Source of the DNA: Octopus vulgaris | Lineage: Eukaryota | Length of the DNA: 64,000 nt | Assembly (NCBI GenBank): GCA_951406725.2 | Contig: OX597817.1 | Coordinates: 13,454,001 to 13,518,000 of the forward strand | Direction: 5' to 3' | Shown here: piece after piece, positions 35,198 through 48,642 of the stretch | Position numbering within the stretch: the stretch's first letter is position 1 | Layout of the letters: each line of letters opens with the position of its first letter | Position numbers and translations under genes: made by a program | The notes under the pieces: model-generated | Databases searched by the model: none | Seen by the model: the letters and a program-made list of their open reading frames with translations, nothing else | Told to the model about the DNA's origin: nothing

Positions 35198-35800
35198 AAG
35201 AAATAAAATAAAGTACATCTTCAGTTATACTTCGCACCAGTTGTTCCCTTCTAAAAGAAGTTTTGAGGCAAATCAAAACACATTACGGCGCTTAATCGTA
35301 ATGCACAGAAAAAAATCAGACAACCTTAGACGCATCATCTGATATCAACGAAATCAAATTTTCTTCTTGGTAGTCCAGCGCCCTCGAACGTCTCAAAGGC
35401 CCCAGATTGAAAAACAATTCACTGACAAATTACTGAACTTATTTCAGCAAATAAGGCAGTAATCCCCACCTTAACTGCAGTATTAAGAGTGTGTGACGAG
35501 GCGAAAGAGTTACTAATAATAGTCTCATATGAGGCACCAGTCTGTAGCCCAAGAGTAAAGAGTGAATCCATAGGATCTCTTCGCATTATTCCAGGACAAG
35601 TCCACTGGTTCGAACTCGTTTAATAATTTTATCATGTCGTGGGGACCAAAGTGCCCTGCATCCTATCGACAAGGCAATCCAAATTCTCCGGAATCGAAAA
35701 GCTTGTAACAAACCTCGACATATCACCCTTATCCCCCATATATCATTCTCCGAACGCAATTGAGATACGGAGCTCCAACGTGTTAAAGAAACAGTTCATA

Positions 35801-36187
35801 TCTATATATATAAAAGTGAGGTTGTGTGGTGTCTGTCTCCTACGATTTAAATTCCTAACTACTCCCACATTTTGCGGTGCAGTTTAACCAAAACCGGGTA
35901 TCTTATAGTCGTGATTCATATCGAGCCCTTCTGGGTATTAGCGCGCGTCTACGATTTAAAAAAAAAATTACCATAATTTTTTCCCATTTTTAATGCATTT
36001 TTGGCATATATAAGGGAAGTAACTCTCTAAAAATGTATTATTAAATCTCAGAACGTAAAAAGCTACAGTAACACCCCCCCCCTTTGTGGTTAGCCATATT
36101 GAGATGGCTATTATACTTTACATATCTAAAAATGCTTATATAGTTATTTCCCTTACAAACCCGAGCAACGCCGGGCGATACTGCTAG
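35801..36187 (+). mobile_element. Non-autonomous Helitron
   Basis: A|TC ... hairpin ... CTAG|T; near-identical to 57306-57704. Confidence 0.85.
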
Positions 36188-36499
36188 TCTGGTATAATAG
36201 GTAAAGCGATACCTCACTCACCAGAAAATTTGGTACTTGTAAAAAAAGTCAACGTCATGTTGACTTTTTTTATCAGAAAGTGAGTAAAAAATTTGACTAT
36301 TAAGCTGTCCCAAACTCTCTGGATCGATTCACCTTGTCCCGGGACTAACAATCCAAAATCCTTTCCACAGTTTCAGGGCCTCAGAATGTAAATTATGTTC
36401 ATTTTATTCTGATTAAGAAACGGAGTGGAAAGAAAGACGCACAGCATAATACTACTTATTTTTCTATGGTATGCACTAAATAACCTCGTATGCTTGTTT

Positions 36500-37025
36500 T
36501 CATTTTTGCGCACTTGGACATGCGCACACCTTTACTATCGATTGGAAAAAGAATTAGTTGAGGTGGTGAGACATGATTCATAACAAACAATTGTAAAACT
36601 TCTTTTGCACCAACTACCGAAATATCATATAGCCTGTCTCCTCATAGGTTATAAAATTAAGGAAGGATGTCTGTCGTTCGAAACTACACCTTCGTGTTTA
36701 CTCCTTGATTACAGGTAATACGGTATCGTTATACACTGGTATTATGAAGTAAATGTAGATTGGTTTTATTTAAGTGAATAGCAAATCATTTAAATAAATA
36801 ATAACGTGGTGGTATTTCCGTAGAAATATACGATATTCTAAACCATTTTGCTATTCCCTTTTTCGGTAAAGGTGTAGAACAGATATGATATCTACACAAT
36901 AGAACTTGCGCTGTGTTCACATGACTTTTGTTTACATAGCAACGACACCCAGCTCTGTGGGTACGGACGAGAAGAGAAAGAAAAAAAAAAAGTTAACACT
37001 AATTATTTTCGTGACGTTTTTATGT
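36500..37025 (+). promoter_or_regulatory. Candidate AKTIP promoter / 5'-UTR exon region
   Basis: Repeat-free and CpG-richer. Contains TGCGCA x2 (~36508-36526), ATTGG (36541), donor CAG|GTAATA (36715), TCACATGAC E-box (36917-36925) and GTTTACATAGCAAC X-box-like site (36930-36943). The first coding exon is preceded by an acceptor at 37424. Confidence 0.45.
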
Positions 37026-37439
37026 ACGGCCATATTTAACTAAGGTGATAGATAACATTGTACATATTCCCAAACCATTACTTCAAAAATAATCATATTG
37101 CTTATCATTCATAATAATAATGATTTTTAGTAACTTTTGATAGTATTTGGATTATATATTGCTTGTTTTGTCTTGTTCCATTTTATATTGAAAGTGAACA
37201 GTAAACCAGTTCTTATCAGATTTATTAACCTTTGACTCCGTGTTCTATTTACTATTAATAGATAAACGATCTTTGCCTTCATCACCACGTACCTTTTAGC
37301 ACGATTTATTTGTCACCACTTCTTAGTGTAGAATTATTCTAGCGTATTATTTGTTCATTTCAGCTGTTTCAAAAGAACGTGTTTTTGCAGTGAATTTTAA
37401 AAATTGTTTTCTGTTAACTTTCAGGTGCTTGTTTTCATA

Positions 37440-37597
37440 ATGGCTGTAAGGGAAGGCCGAAAACTGCTTCCACCCATTCCTGTTGTGCAAGATAGTGTCC
37501 CACAAACCTTAGACATTAATGTACCGAAAGACAAAACACCAAAACTTATTCAAGATCTCAAGCGATCCACTCAGGAATATGCTTTAATGGCAGAATT
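37440..37597 (+). CDS. AKTIP: AKT-interacting protein (FTS/crossbronx, E2 variant), coding exon 1
   Basis: ATG at 37440 after acceptor 37424. RKLLPPIP and QEYALMAEF resemble AKTIP KKQLPSIP and LEYSLLAEF. GTAAGA donor at 37598, phase 2. Confidence 0.88.
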
Positions 37598-37899
37598 GTA
37601 AGATTATATGTTATATATATATATATATTTTATATTTACATTTCATGTTTGCAATTAAATTAATTGACAGAGTATCGTGCACAAAATTGACAATTCGGTT
37701 TATAACATTGTATGCATAAACATAACTGTATGATCTTATTGGGTAGTTATGTTTTGATATTGAATAGGTACTACATATTGATACGATTCGTTCGTAGTCA
37801 CACTGCTTACTGCCCTGAGCTGTATCACCAGTGAAGCACTAAATCTAATCCTGCCATCTGTATAACTCGAATAGAATTAATCTCCGTTTTATTGATTTG

Positions 37900-38306
37900 T
37901 ACTCTCTTTTACTCTTTTACTTGTTTCAGTCATTTGACCGCGGCCATGCTGGAGCACCGCCTTTAATCGAGCAACTCGACCCCAGGACTTATTCTTTGTA
38001 AGCCCAGTACTTATTTTATCGGTCTCTTTTGCCGAACCGCTAAGTGACGGGGACGTAAACACACCAGCATCGGTTGTCAAGCAATGCTAAGGGGACAAAC
38101 ACAGACACACAAACACACACACGCATATATATATACATATATAAGACAGGCTTCTTTCAGTTTCCGTCTACCAAATCCACTCACAAGGCATTGGTCGGCC
38201 CGAGGCTATAGCAGAAGACACTTGCCCAAGATGCCACGCAGTGGGACTGAACCCGGAACCATGTGGTTGGTTAGCAAGCTACTTACCACACAGCCACTCC
38301 TGCGCC
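37900..38306 (-). mobile_element. tRNA-derived SINE, family A
   Basis: Full-length copy in an AKTIP intron. Confidence 0.85.
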
Positions 38307-39124
38307 TGTACTATAAACATAACTACCAATGTACTACATACATTTTGGAGAAATAACTCTGGTGGTGATACCCCTATGAATAATGAGCTTGCAAATTTTT
38401 AAGGTGCATAATGAATATCAGAGAGATTCACATGTAATGATACTCTTATAAAAAACTTCTGACACCAGAAAAGGCATCCTTATGCCAATCTTCAAGCAAA
38501 ACAGCGTAACTGGAAATGTATTTGATGTGTAAACATTAGGGACCAAATTGCAGCGAGGTTGTTGCATTTCAAACGTATCCAATCTATGTTAGCATTGTAA
38601 GGCTTCTCTCTCTATATTCATATTTATTTATGTATGTGTGAATGCGCGGACATAGCTGCGTTAAAAGTTTGCTTTCCAACCACGTCATTTTAGGTTCAGT
38701 CCTATGTGGTACCTCATCTTCTAGTATAGCCTTGGACCGACAAAGTTTTGTGAGTGAATTTGGATGACAGAAACTAAAAGAAGCCTATTGCATAAAAATG
38801 TGTGCGTGCGCTCATGCGTGCCTGTGTCTCCTTGGTTTTGACAGTTCTCTCAATAGTTGTCAGAAAACATCCTCATTATAGAAGCATTGTAATTTGTTTG
38901 CAATCTTCTATGAAAACATGGCCTGATCATTGTCCTGTTCATGTTCAAGGAACAAGGGAAAATATTACCTTGCTAGAAAGCAGGTAGGGGGTTGGTGATA
39001 GGAAGAGCATCAGCCAATGAAATTTGTCTGACCCATGTAAGCATGGAAAAGTGGACATTAAAACGATGATGAAGATATCAACATTATCATCATCATAATG
39101 TTTATTGAATGAGATTCATAACCA

Positions 39125-39965
39125 ATCATCATTTAACATCCGTTGTCCATGCTGGTATGGGCTGGGCGGTTTGACCAGGGTTGCACCAAACTCTAGTTTA
39201 ATTTGGCATGGTTTCTATGATTAGATGCCCTTCCTAATGTCAATCACTCCAAGAGTGTAATGGGTGCTTTTACGTGTCACTTGCATGACACCTGTATCTA
39301 CCATGACTACAATTTCACTTGGCTTGATGGGTCTTCTGCTCAAGCACAGCATATTGCCAAATGTCTTGGTCATTTGTCAGTGTATCCGTGAGGCCCACTT
39401 CTCGAAAGGTGCTTTTTACATGCCACCAGCACGGGTGCTAGTTATGTGACACCAGCATTAGCCACATTACTTCTGTGAGGCCCAACACTCGAAAGGTGCT
39501 TTTTACATGCCACCTGCACAGGTGTTAGTTGCATGACACCAGCATCAGCACATTGCCTCCACGAGGCCCAGCGCTTAAGTCAATCAATTTGATGTGAAGT
39601 TCTTATTTTCTAACAGCTTATTGTTAAGTGTTGGCAACTGCCTGTTCTTCGCATAGTATACTTCTTACTATAGCACCATCCGAATGTTGCTGATGCCAGC
39701 ACCGTCTGGCCGGCGTCTGTTTTAGTGACACGTAAAAAAGCATCAACCGATCGTGACCATTTGCCAGCCTCCTCTGGCCCCTGTGCCGGTGGCATGTAAA
39801 AAGCACCCACTACACTCATGGAGTGGTTGGCGTTAGGAAGGGCATCCAGCTGTAGAAACAAAGCCAGATCAGACTGGAGCCTGGTGCAGCCTCTTGGCTT
39901 CACAGACCCTGGTCGAACCGTCCAACTGATGCTAGCATGGAAAACGGATGTTAAACGATGATGAT
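39125..39965. mobile_element. Two oppositely oriented RTE-tailed SINE-like repeats
   Basis: Minus copy at ~39125-39580 and plus copy at ~39670-39965, both with the GGAAGGGCATC core. Confidence 0.65.
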
Positions 39966-40250
39966 TACAGGTACAAGGCCTGAAATTTTAGGTGGAAGAC
40001 AGGGTTAATCAATTACATTGATCCCAGTGCTCAATTTATTGACCTTGAAAGGTGGAGTTGACATCAGTAGAATTTGAACTCAGAATGTAAAGTTGGAAGA
40101 TATGCTGCTAAGTATTTTGTCTGGCATGCTAATGGTTCTGTTAGCTTACTCCCTTTGTTCTTTGCATTATATTAAGTTATTATCGTTAAGTAAATGGTAA
40201 AAACATCCAGTAATGTAAGCAGAAATTCCCTATATACATGCTTGTATGTA

Positions 40251-40650
40251 TAGGCGCAGGAGTGGCTGTGTGGTAAGTAGCTTGCTTACCAACCACATGG
40301 TTCCTGTTTCAGTCCCACTGCGTGGCATCTTGGGCAAGTGTCTTCTGCTATAGCCCCAGGCCGACCAATGCCTTGTGAGTGGATTTGGTAGACGGAAACT
40401 GAAAGAAGCCTGTCATATATATGTATATATATATATGTGTGTGTGTTTGTGTGTCTGTGTTTGTCCCCCTAGCATTGCTTGACAACCGATGCTGGTGTGT
40501 TTACGTCCCCGTCACTTAGCGGTTCGGCAAAAGAGACCGATAGAATAAGTACTGGGCTTACAAAGAATAAGTCCCGGGGTCGATTTGCTCGACTAAAGGC
40601 GGTGCTCCAGCATGGCCGCAGTCAAATGATTGAAACAAGTAAAAGAGTAA
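40251..40650 (+). mobile_element. tRNA-derived SINE, family A
   Basis: Full-length plus-strand copy. Confidence 0.85.
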
Positions 40651-40810
40651 AAAAAGACACACAATGACAACTTTTGTTTTAGTTTAATTAAAACCATTTT
40701 GTAAAAAAGAATGTTTAACAAAGTAGATATTATTTAATTGGATTTTCATAGGTATTACAACAAAAATGATTGAATTCATGAAACCTGAATCTTTTGCTTT
40801 TCTTTTGTAG

Positions 40811-40875
40811 CAATCTTCTTAGTCAACAGAAACTACCTGGTGTTTATGTAGTTCCATCAGCATCAAATACATTCA
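40811..40875 (+). CDS. AKTIP: AKTIP coding exon 2
   Basis: TTGTAG acceptor and GTAAGT donor; NLLSQQKLPGVYVVPS resembles AKTIP KQKLPGVYVQPS. Confidence 0.92.
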
Positions 40876-41032
40876 GTAAGTAATCTTTTTAGTTGAAAAT
40901 AAAATTACTATATTAGTAGGAAGACATTTATAGGATTTTGAATCCACTGAGTAGCAACCATTCATTGGTAAAACAAAGGAGAGAATGTGTTTTTTTCCTT
41001 GTAAGGTTTTTGTTCCTGTAACAATATGACAG

Positions 41033-41445
41033 AGATCTTTTCGGTTTGAATGGCAGTTTTTAACGTAATTTCTAGGTAACTAAAAAGTTTTAAACTTCAT
41101 ATACTGGTAGAATGTGTTTATAAAACATCTTTTTCTCTTGGCTTTATTGAGAAAATTCTATGGTTTGTAAGATATTTGTTGTTTTTTCTTTCTTCAATTT
41201 CTGCAATTTCAACCAATCAATTACGTCTATTGAGGTAAAAAGCATTCTGTGCCGTATTAATATGTCCCTCGTTTAAGAAACAGATTGGGTTTATTTACAT
41301 TTGTGAAGAAAAAAAGATACCCTACTCCCCACCCCTAACCCTAAAACAGATAGAAATGCAATAGATCGATACTAGGGTCATAATTATGGGTGACAATTTC
41401 ATATGACACCGCTAAAAAAAACTGCCATTCAAACCGAAAAGATCT
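41033..41445 (-). mobile_element. MITE (GATCTTTTCGGTTTGAA TIR family)
   Basis: Both TIRs present; flanks TATGACAG / TTTGACAG suggest an ~8-bp TSD; reverse complement of 24776-25182. Confidence 0.8.
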
Positions 41446-42699
41446 TTTGACAGAGTTGTTGTTCATGAATCATTTTGCATGGTTAGAACAGTGTTTTAAT
41501 GAAATAACTGCCAAGTTAGAAACAGTTTAGATACAGAAGTGCTGCTAAAAATTGATCTTTGAAAATGATAATTTTTCTATTGAATGTATTGCTTTTGTTT
41601 ATTGTATTTAGGAAACTGAAAACAACTGAGATATACAGGAGTGAGATCAGGCTCTGGAGGTGACTGTTCTGTTTATGTATTTAGAAAATGGTAAAGATAC
41701 AAGTTCATTACCATCATCATTGTCTTAATTGGCATAGATTGGACAGCTCTGCTAGGCAATGTATTTCCTGCCATTATGGTCCTACGTTATCCCATCTGTG
41801 ATGCTCATCATTCTTTGATTTGTCCTTACCATTTCTTATCAACTCTCTTTTTTTTTATGGACTGTTTCTGCATCAGTTAACTCCTACTCATATTTCACCT
41901 AGCCTATAGTATCTATTTGTGCTGTATATCTAGACCACCATAGCTGCCTTTTTTGCACACATTGACCAATGCATTTGATCCAAGAAATTTTCCTCTGAAT
42001 TTACTGTTAGTCTTTCATATAAACTGTTGCATAATTCAGTGAATCATGCACGGCTCAATTTTAGGCAGCCTTTGTGATTCTGTGCTCTGATCACGTACAT
42101 TTCACAACTGTATGGCTTTAGGCTCGTTAGAAAAACCTCTCCATAGAGCCTATCTTTTGCATGAAGAGAGAAATCCTTAAAAGCTAGAAAAGATAAGAGC
42201 TCCCTGCTACCATATTTTCCCTAAATCCATCTTTGCATTAACCACATCTCCATTGCAATTACCTGTAATTTCTTGCAAGCTACCTGAGTAATTTGAAGTC
42301 TGCTTTTGCTTCAAACTACTTCTAAAGTTGTGGCTCAAAGATTCACAGCACTTTTTGAATGTGCATTGCATGCATTAAATACATTAAATATTGAGTTTTT
42401 ATCTACTCCATTTGTAGTTAATGTGCAAAGTTACTTTTCAGATAACACTGCATTTTTCTGCCATCTGCTACTAACAGGAGCTTTAGTCTTTAGAATTTTT
42501 TCTGTTTTCTGCAGCTTTGTAATAAGAATTTGGTTATTAGTATATAAAATTCTACAGTAAGAATTATTCAGTTATTCAGTCCTAACCTATTTAAATATAG
42601 TGTCCCAAAATGAGACAGTCAGAATATTATACAACACAAATTATTGAATTAAACTTTGGTGATTTGCTGTGCTTGAGAAGTTATGTTAAGCTAAGTGAA

Positions 42700-43105
42700 A
42701 TCATAGTTGTAGCCAGTGCTGGTGACACGTGAGAGGCACCCATGCCAGTAACACATAAAAGGCATCCATACCAGTGACATGTAAAAGACACCTAATACAC
42801 TCTATGGAGACATCACCATCGTTTAACATCTGCTTTCCATGCTAGCATGGGTTAGACGATTTGACTGAGGACTGGCGAACCAGATGGCTGCACCAGGCTT
42901 CAATCTTGATCTGGCAGAGTTTCTACAGCTGGATGCTCTTCCTAACGCCAGTGGTTGGCATTAGGAAGGGCATCCAGCTGTAGAAACCAAGTCAAAACAG
43001 ACTGGAGCCTGATGCAGCTCTCCAGCTTACCAGTTCCAATGAAACTGTCTTATCTATGCCAGCATGGAAAATAGATGCTAAATGATGATGATGATGATGA
43101 TGATG
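42700..43105. mobile_element. RTE-tailed SINE-like repeat with an inverted copy of the same family inserted in it
   Basis: Plus-strand element (TACACTCTATGGAG|...|TGGTTGGCATTAGGAAGGGC) interrupted at ~42810-42950 by a minus-strand fragment. Confidence 0.6.
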
Positions 43106-43339
43106 GTGGAAAGGGCTAAGGGTAAAGCTCTGGATTATTTTCATCTATATGAATTTACTGGCAATCTCAAACTTCAAATTTCCTCAGGTATAACCTGAAA
43201 TAGCTTTCTCAGTACTTAGAAAACTATTGATTCTATAATCCTGTTGATGGTCTTCTCTTGGGCAACAAATGCAAAATGTAGCTGTTCATGATTAAGAACT
43301 GATGCTTGACAATAACAACAATACAGAAATCTCTAGAAA

Positions 43340-43703
43340 TCTCTCTCTATATATAAAGCTGAAGTTGTCTGTGTATAGCAGGTGAGACCCTGCGGTGCAA
43401 GTTGACCAAAATTGAGAGTATGATAGAAGAAGGCTTGCTCTTCCTTCCATAGAAGAAAAAATTCAAATCGGACCATGTTAAGACCAAAAATTATTTACAT
43501 CAAAAAGGTGCTTTTTTTTAAATGAAAATCCCTATTTTTAACGATTTTTTTACTGCTATGTTGCCATTTTTTGGTGTATTTCAACCAGAAAAATGTTCAC
43601 TTAAAGAGGATAACAAGCTACATAATGCAAGATTTTTACTTTTCGAAAATGTCAATTCTAAAGGGTCGAAACAAACCCGAGCAATGCCAGACAATACTAC
43701 TAG
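43340..43703 (+). mobile_element. Non-autonomous Helitron, second subfamily
   Basis: A|TC-TCTCTCTATATATAAA start and CCCGAGCAATGCCAGA...CTAG|T end. Confidence 0.7.
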
Positions 43704-44387
43704 TAAGGTATATGTGTCCAAATCCTATTACAAATCTACATTACATTCTATGGAAACTAATTCTTTATTCTTTACAAGAAGATTTTGTTACTTTCATTGT
43801 AGGTAATGATGAAGGATAGTACCTTTTTTAAATTTATTTATAACCTAAGCAAGTTACTAAAATAGTACTGACATAACTTGATACAATTGGTATTTCAGCA
43901 ACTATCCTCAAAGAAGCTGCAACTTATTCTGTTAAGTTGGTCTTTGAGCATATATCTTACCCTAGTCTCTATTCTGATTTCTGTAGTGTTGTTATTGTGA
44001 AGCCTTATAATAATCTATTTGTATATCAGGGACTGTACTCTTCAACATGCTCTGTTTTTTTAAAGACAATAGGCTGCTAGCTACATGAAGGAGATTTGGT
44101 TCCTGTTTCTTGCAGTTTGAATACTCATTTAGAGGCTCCTTGATATCCCCTCTTTTTCCCATTCATGTTCTTTGTTCAAAACTATTTCATAGTGATACTT
44201 CTCACACCTTATCCTTTTTACTGTCACCACAAGCAATTTTAATTCATTTGAGCCAAAAAGGCAGCCTCTACCCTGTCATTTGATCTACTAGAAATATCAG
44301 CCAAATCTTCCTTGAATCACACACTCTACTATCTTAAAACAAAAACAAAAAAATGAGAAGACACATTGGAAAATGTAGTCTTAGAAA

Positions 44388-44632
44388 TCATCATCATCAT
44401 CGTTTAACGTCCGTTTTCCATGCTAACATGGGTTGGACGGTGCAACTAGGGTCTGGGAAGCTAGAAGGCTGCACCAGGCCCAGTCTGATCTGGCAGAGTT
44501 TCTACAGCTGGATGCCCTTCCTAACGCCAACCACTCCGTGAGTATAGTGGGTGCTTTTTATGTGCCACCTGCACAGGTGCCAGATGAGGCTGGCAAACAG
44601 CCACGATCGGAATGTGCTTTTTATGTGCTACC
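44388..44632 (-). mobile_element. RTE-tailed SINE-like repeat
   Basis: Same family as 3355-3860. Confidence 0.7.
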
Positions 44633-46086
44633 GCATTATTTTAACATCCACTTTCCAATGGGTCAGAGTTTATTGAGGCAGATTTTCTGCAGTTGGATGC
44701 CCTTCCTGTCCCCAACCCTCACCTCCTCTTCCAAGCAAGATAATATTTCTCCATGGCCAGACATGTTCTCACAGAATTTTGGAAGTGCTTGTATGAGAGT
44801 GACAACTATTTGCAACAACATATGATGTAGTGTCAAGACGAGGAGATACTAACATCCATCCATCCATACCCACATATACATACCTTTGGAGGTGTGGCTG
44901 TGTGGTGAGATGTTTGCTTTCCAGCCACATGTTTCTCTGCATGGCATCTTGGGTGAGTGTTTTCAGATATAGCCTTTCTGTCATGGTTAATGCAGCAATC
45001 ACATGCTACACACCTTCCTTCCAAGCACTGCTGTAAACAAGGGAAGTGAGTTAGAACGTTAAAGCTTAGTGTGCATGCACAGCTGTGTTCAAGGCAAAAA
45101 ATAAGTAGTACCTGTATTTCAAAGGGCCAACCATATCACATTCTGTGTCACCTTGAATCTCCCTAAGAACTATATTAAGGGTACATGTGTCTATGGAGTG
45201 CTCAACCACTTGCATGTTAATTTCATGAGCAGGCTATTCTGTTGATTGGATCAACTGGAACCCTCATCATCATAACCTACGGTGTGCCAAGTATACATAT
45301 ATGTATATATCAGTGGCAACTCTGGCACTCGGGCTGTTTGGGCTTAGCCCAAGTATAAATTTAGAAAGTGAACATACATTTGCCAGCTGATTTAAATTCT
45401 GCCAACACTGACTTCAAGTATTTGCAGCCAGTAACACCGGCTCCTTTTATTGAGCCTGGTTGCAGTTTCCTTATTTTCCTTCAGCATCTGGTGGTTGTCT
45501 TAGAGGTGCCCTGTGTCAGAAAATATCATTTGTAGCAGATGTTCTCTCGACATCATTCTCAGACACTGGGCTCAGAAGTTACAGCCCAAGTTGTTATCTA
45601 TAATCATAAAATTTAAAAGTAATTCAAATTCAATGTTTTCTTGAAACAATGAATTTCTATAGAGATTAGGATTTAAATTCCAATCTATGAAGAAAAGTTT
45701 CCATTTTACAATATTCTTAAAGGAATGAAAAATTATCCAGCAACACTGGCTAATATGAACGAGCCTGGTAGGTGTAAAAGACTAACTGGTATCTCTTGTC
45801 AAAAGTACAGGCAACAGTCATATTGCTGATGCCTGTTGTGCACTCCGCTATTATATGATTGCTGTTATTCTGTGCATCTATGTGTAAAGATCAATTGTGT
45901 TTCGCAAGGTTGCTTTATTTTTACCCTTAACTTAGAAATGGAGAAAGATGTAGTGCTAGATATAAAAAAATAAGCCATTTGGGGTTAGAAATAAAGCAGG
46001 AAAATGTGAAATTCTTCGAGCAGGCATGTGTTTTATGCAAAATCTGTGACAAGCCCGAGTGACACTGATGACCTAGAGTCACCTCT

Positions 46087-46121
<35 letters not shown>

Positions 46122-47386
46122 CCTTGCTCTTAAGTATTTTGTGAGTTATAATCCATGTGTAATAACCTAATTATGTTTTGTTTATCTTTGGTACTATAAA
46201 AAACCACACTCACATTCTTAAAATAGTGATTAGTTACATCAGAATTAGGGCTAGACTTTACAATAAAAGATAGAAGACAATCTAGAGACAGAAGACAGGG
46301 AATCTGAAAGAACACACAATCAGTCAGAGGTTCAGAGAAGATCTAATTGATATATATGATGGACATGAGGAGTAAATAGAGACTTGTAACAAAGAGGACA
46401 ACTGAGGGCTACAGAGCAGATCTATTGAGTGCAAGGATCCAACCAAAGGGAAAGTGATATGGTGGTGGAATAAACTGTAGATAGAACCATAAAAGCTAAG
46501 GGAACTGACTTGAGAAGACTAGAAGAAACTGCACGGCAGAAAAGAATACTAAGTAGTGAGAAAAGAAGTTGGACATTAAGTATGCTTAGCAAAGGGAGAA
46601 GCAGGAAATAAAAGGTTTACATGGCTTGTGACATGAGGATCAGAGGTGTGAGGAAATCTGAATTGCAAAGCAGTGAACTAAAGAGAATTGTGACATCTTT
46701 GGAAAGAAATGTCTACAGAATAATAGTAATACGCTTGCCCTTGCCAACATTGAAAAGGAAAGGAATTGGAAATGTTTTATGATTGTTGATTGAGGAGAAT
46801 GTATGGAAAATACAGGCCCTTCTCCAAGTAGACCCCAAAGAGATACCTGTCATTAAAGTTGATAGCAAATGAAGAGCAGATTTTAGGGTGCTTGTGTATG
46901 AAGTATGATACTTCATGCTAGCTAGATGTGGGCCTTGAATGTAGAGGATTTGTGAAGACTAGAAAGAAATGAATTTGGCATACTCTGCTGGATGTGTAAT
47001 GTTAATATGCATGAAGGATGAAGTACAAATGATCTGAGAGGAATGAGATGTAGTTTGCAAGAGAGGAAACTGCATTGGTTTTGACATGTGATTTGTATGG
47101 AGAATAATATTTATATAAACAATTATCAAGTGCTCACAGTTGCTGGACCCTGTAGAAGAGAAAAAACATGGGATGAAGTGGGGAAGACAGATCTCAAGAT
47201 GTGATGATTAGTGACATGCGGTGCTAGAGAAGACCAGCCCATCTGTGCAAGGTTGGTGAAGCCAATATTAAAAATAGTGGTAGTGATGGAGATTGGGATG
47301 GATGATGTGTGTCTATCTTTCAGTCTTCCATCCATTGTATTTCTGTCATGTCTCCATCTCCTGTCCTTCACCATTACACTATTTCA

Positions 47387-47790
47387 TCTCTTTACTCTTT
47401 TACTTGTTTCAGTCATTTGACTGCGGCCATGCTGGAGCACCGCCTTAAGTCGATCGAGCAAATCGACCCCGGGACTTATTCTTTGTAAGCCCAGTACTTA
47501 TTCTATCGGTCTCTTTTGCCGAACCGCTAAGTGACGGAGACGTAAACACACACCAGCATCGGTTGTCAAGCAATGCTAGGGGGACAAACACTCACACATA
47601 CACATACATATATATATACATATATACGACAGGCTTCTTTCAGTTTCCGTCTACCAAATCCACTCACAAGGCATTGGTTGGCCCGGGGCTATAGCAGAAG
47701 ACACTTGCCCAAGATGCCACGCAGTGGGATTGAACCCAGAACCATGTGGTTGGTTAGCAAGCTACTTACCACACAGCCACTCCTGCGCCT
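47387..47790 (-). mobile_element. tRNA-derived SINE, family A
   Basis: Full-length copy. Confidence 0.85.
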
Positions 47791-48252
47791 AACAACTTTC
47801 TCTCCTATTTATTATATCATGATGTCTGCATAACAGCAGATGGACTTGTCTACATTCAACTTCCTCCCATCATCCTCATAACTCTACCTCTCTCTTTCAT
47901 CATGATGCCTGTGTAACACAGAATTGCATTGGATGGGGTCATATGCAGTACACTCTACCATCACTCTTCTGGACTGCTACCCGCCAATCCCTCTCTTCCT
48001 ATTGAGATCCATTACTCCCTTATGCCATTGCCCTTCTCTATTACTATCCATTACTTGCTTTCTGTCACTCTCTTACCAGTAGACATGATGCTGTCACCAT
48101 TGTCAACCTTCAATTAATCCTTGCTCTACTGTTGTCCTCTCCAATCACCCAGTTTCTGCTGTCATACTCTCTTTTCTTTTACTCATTTGCCCTGGCTCCT
48201 CTTCTGTCGTCACACTCCTCTGTTTACTCTCTTTGTCAAATTATGTTGAACA

Positions 48253-48642
48253 AGAGTGGCTGTGTGGTAAGTAGCTTGCTTACCAACCACATGGTTCCGG
48301 GTTCAGTCCCACTGCGTAGCACCTTGGGCAAGTGTCTTCTACTATAGCCTCAGGCCGACCAAAGCCTTGTGAGTGGATTTGGTAGACGGAAACTGAAAGA
48401 AGCCCGTCGTATGTATATATATGTATGTGTGTGTATATGTTTGTGTGTCTGTGTTTGTCCCCCAACATCGCTTGACAACCGATGGTGGTGTGTTTACGTC
48501 CCTGTAATTTAGCGGTTCAGCAAAAGAGACCGATAGAATAAGTACTAGGCTTCCAAAGAATAAGTCCTTGGGGTGATTTGCTTGACTAAAGGTGGTGCTC
48601 CAGCATGGCAACAGTCAAAATGACTGAAACTAGTAAAAGAGT
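48253..48642 (+). mobile_element. tRNA-derived SINE, family A
   Basis: Full-length copy, inverted relative to 47387-47790. Confidence 0.85.
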
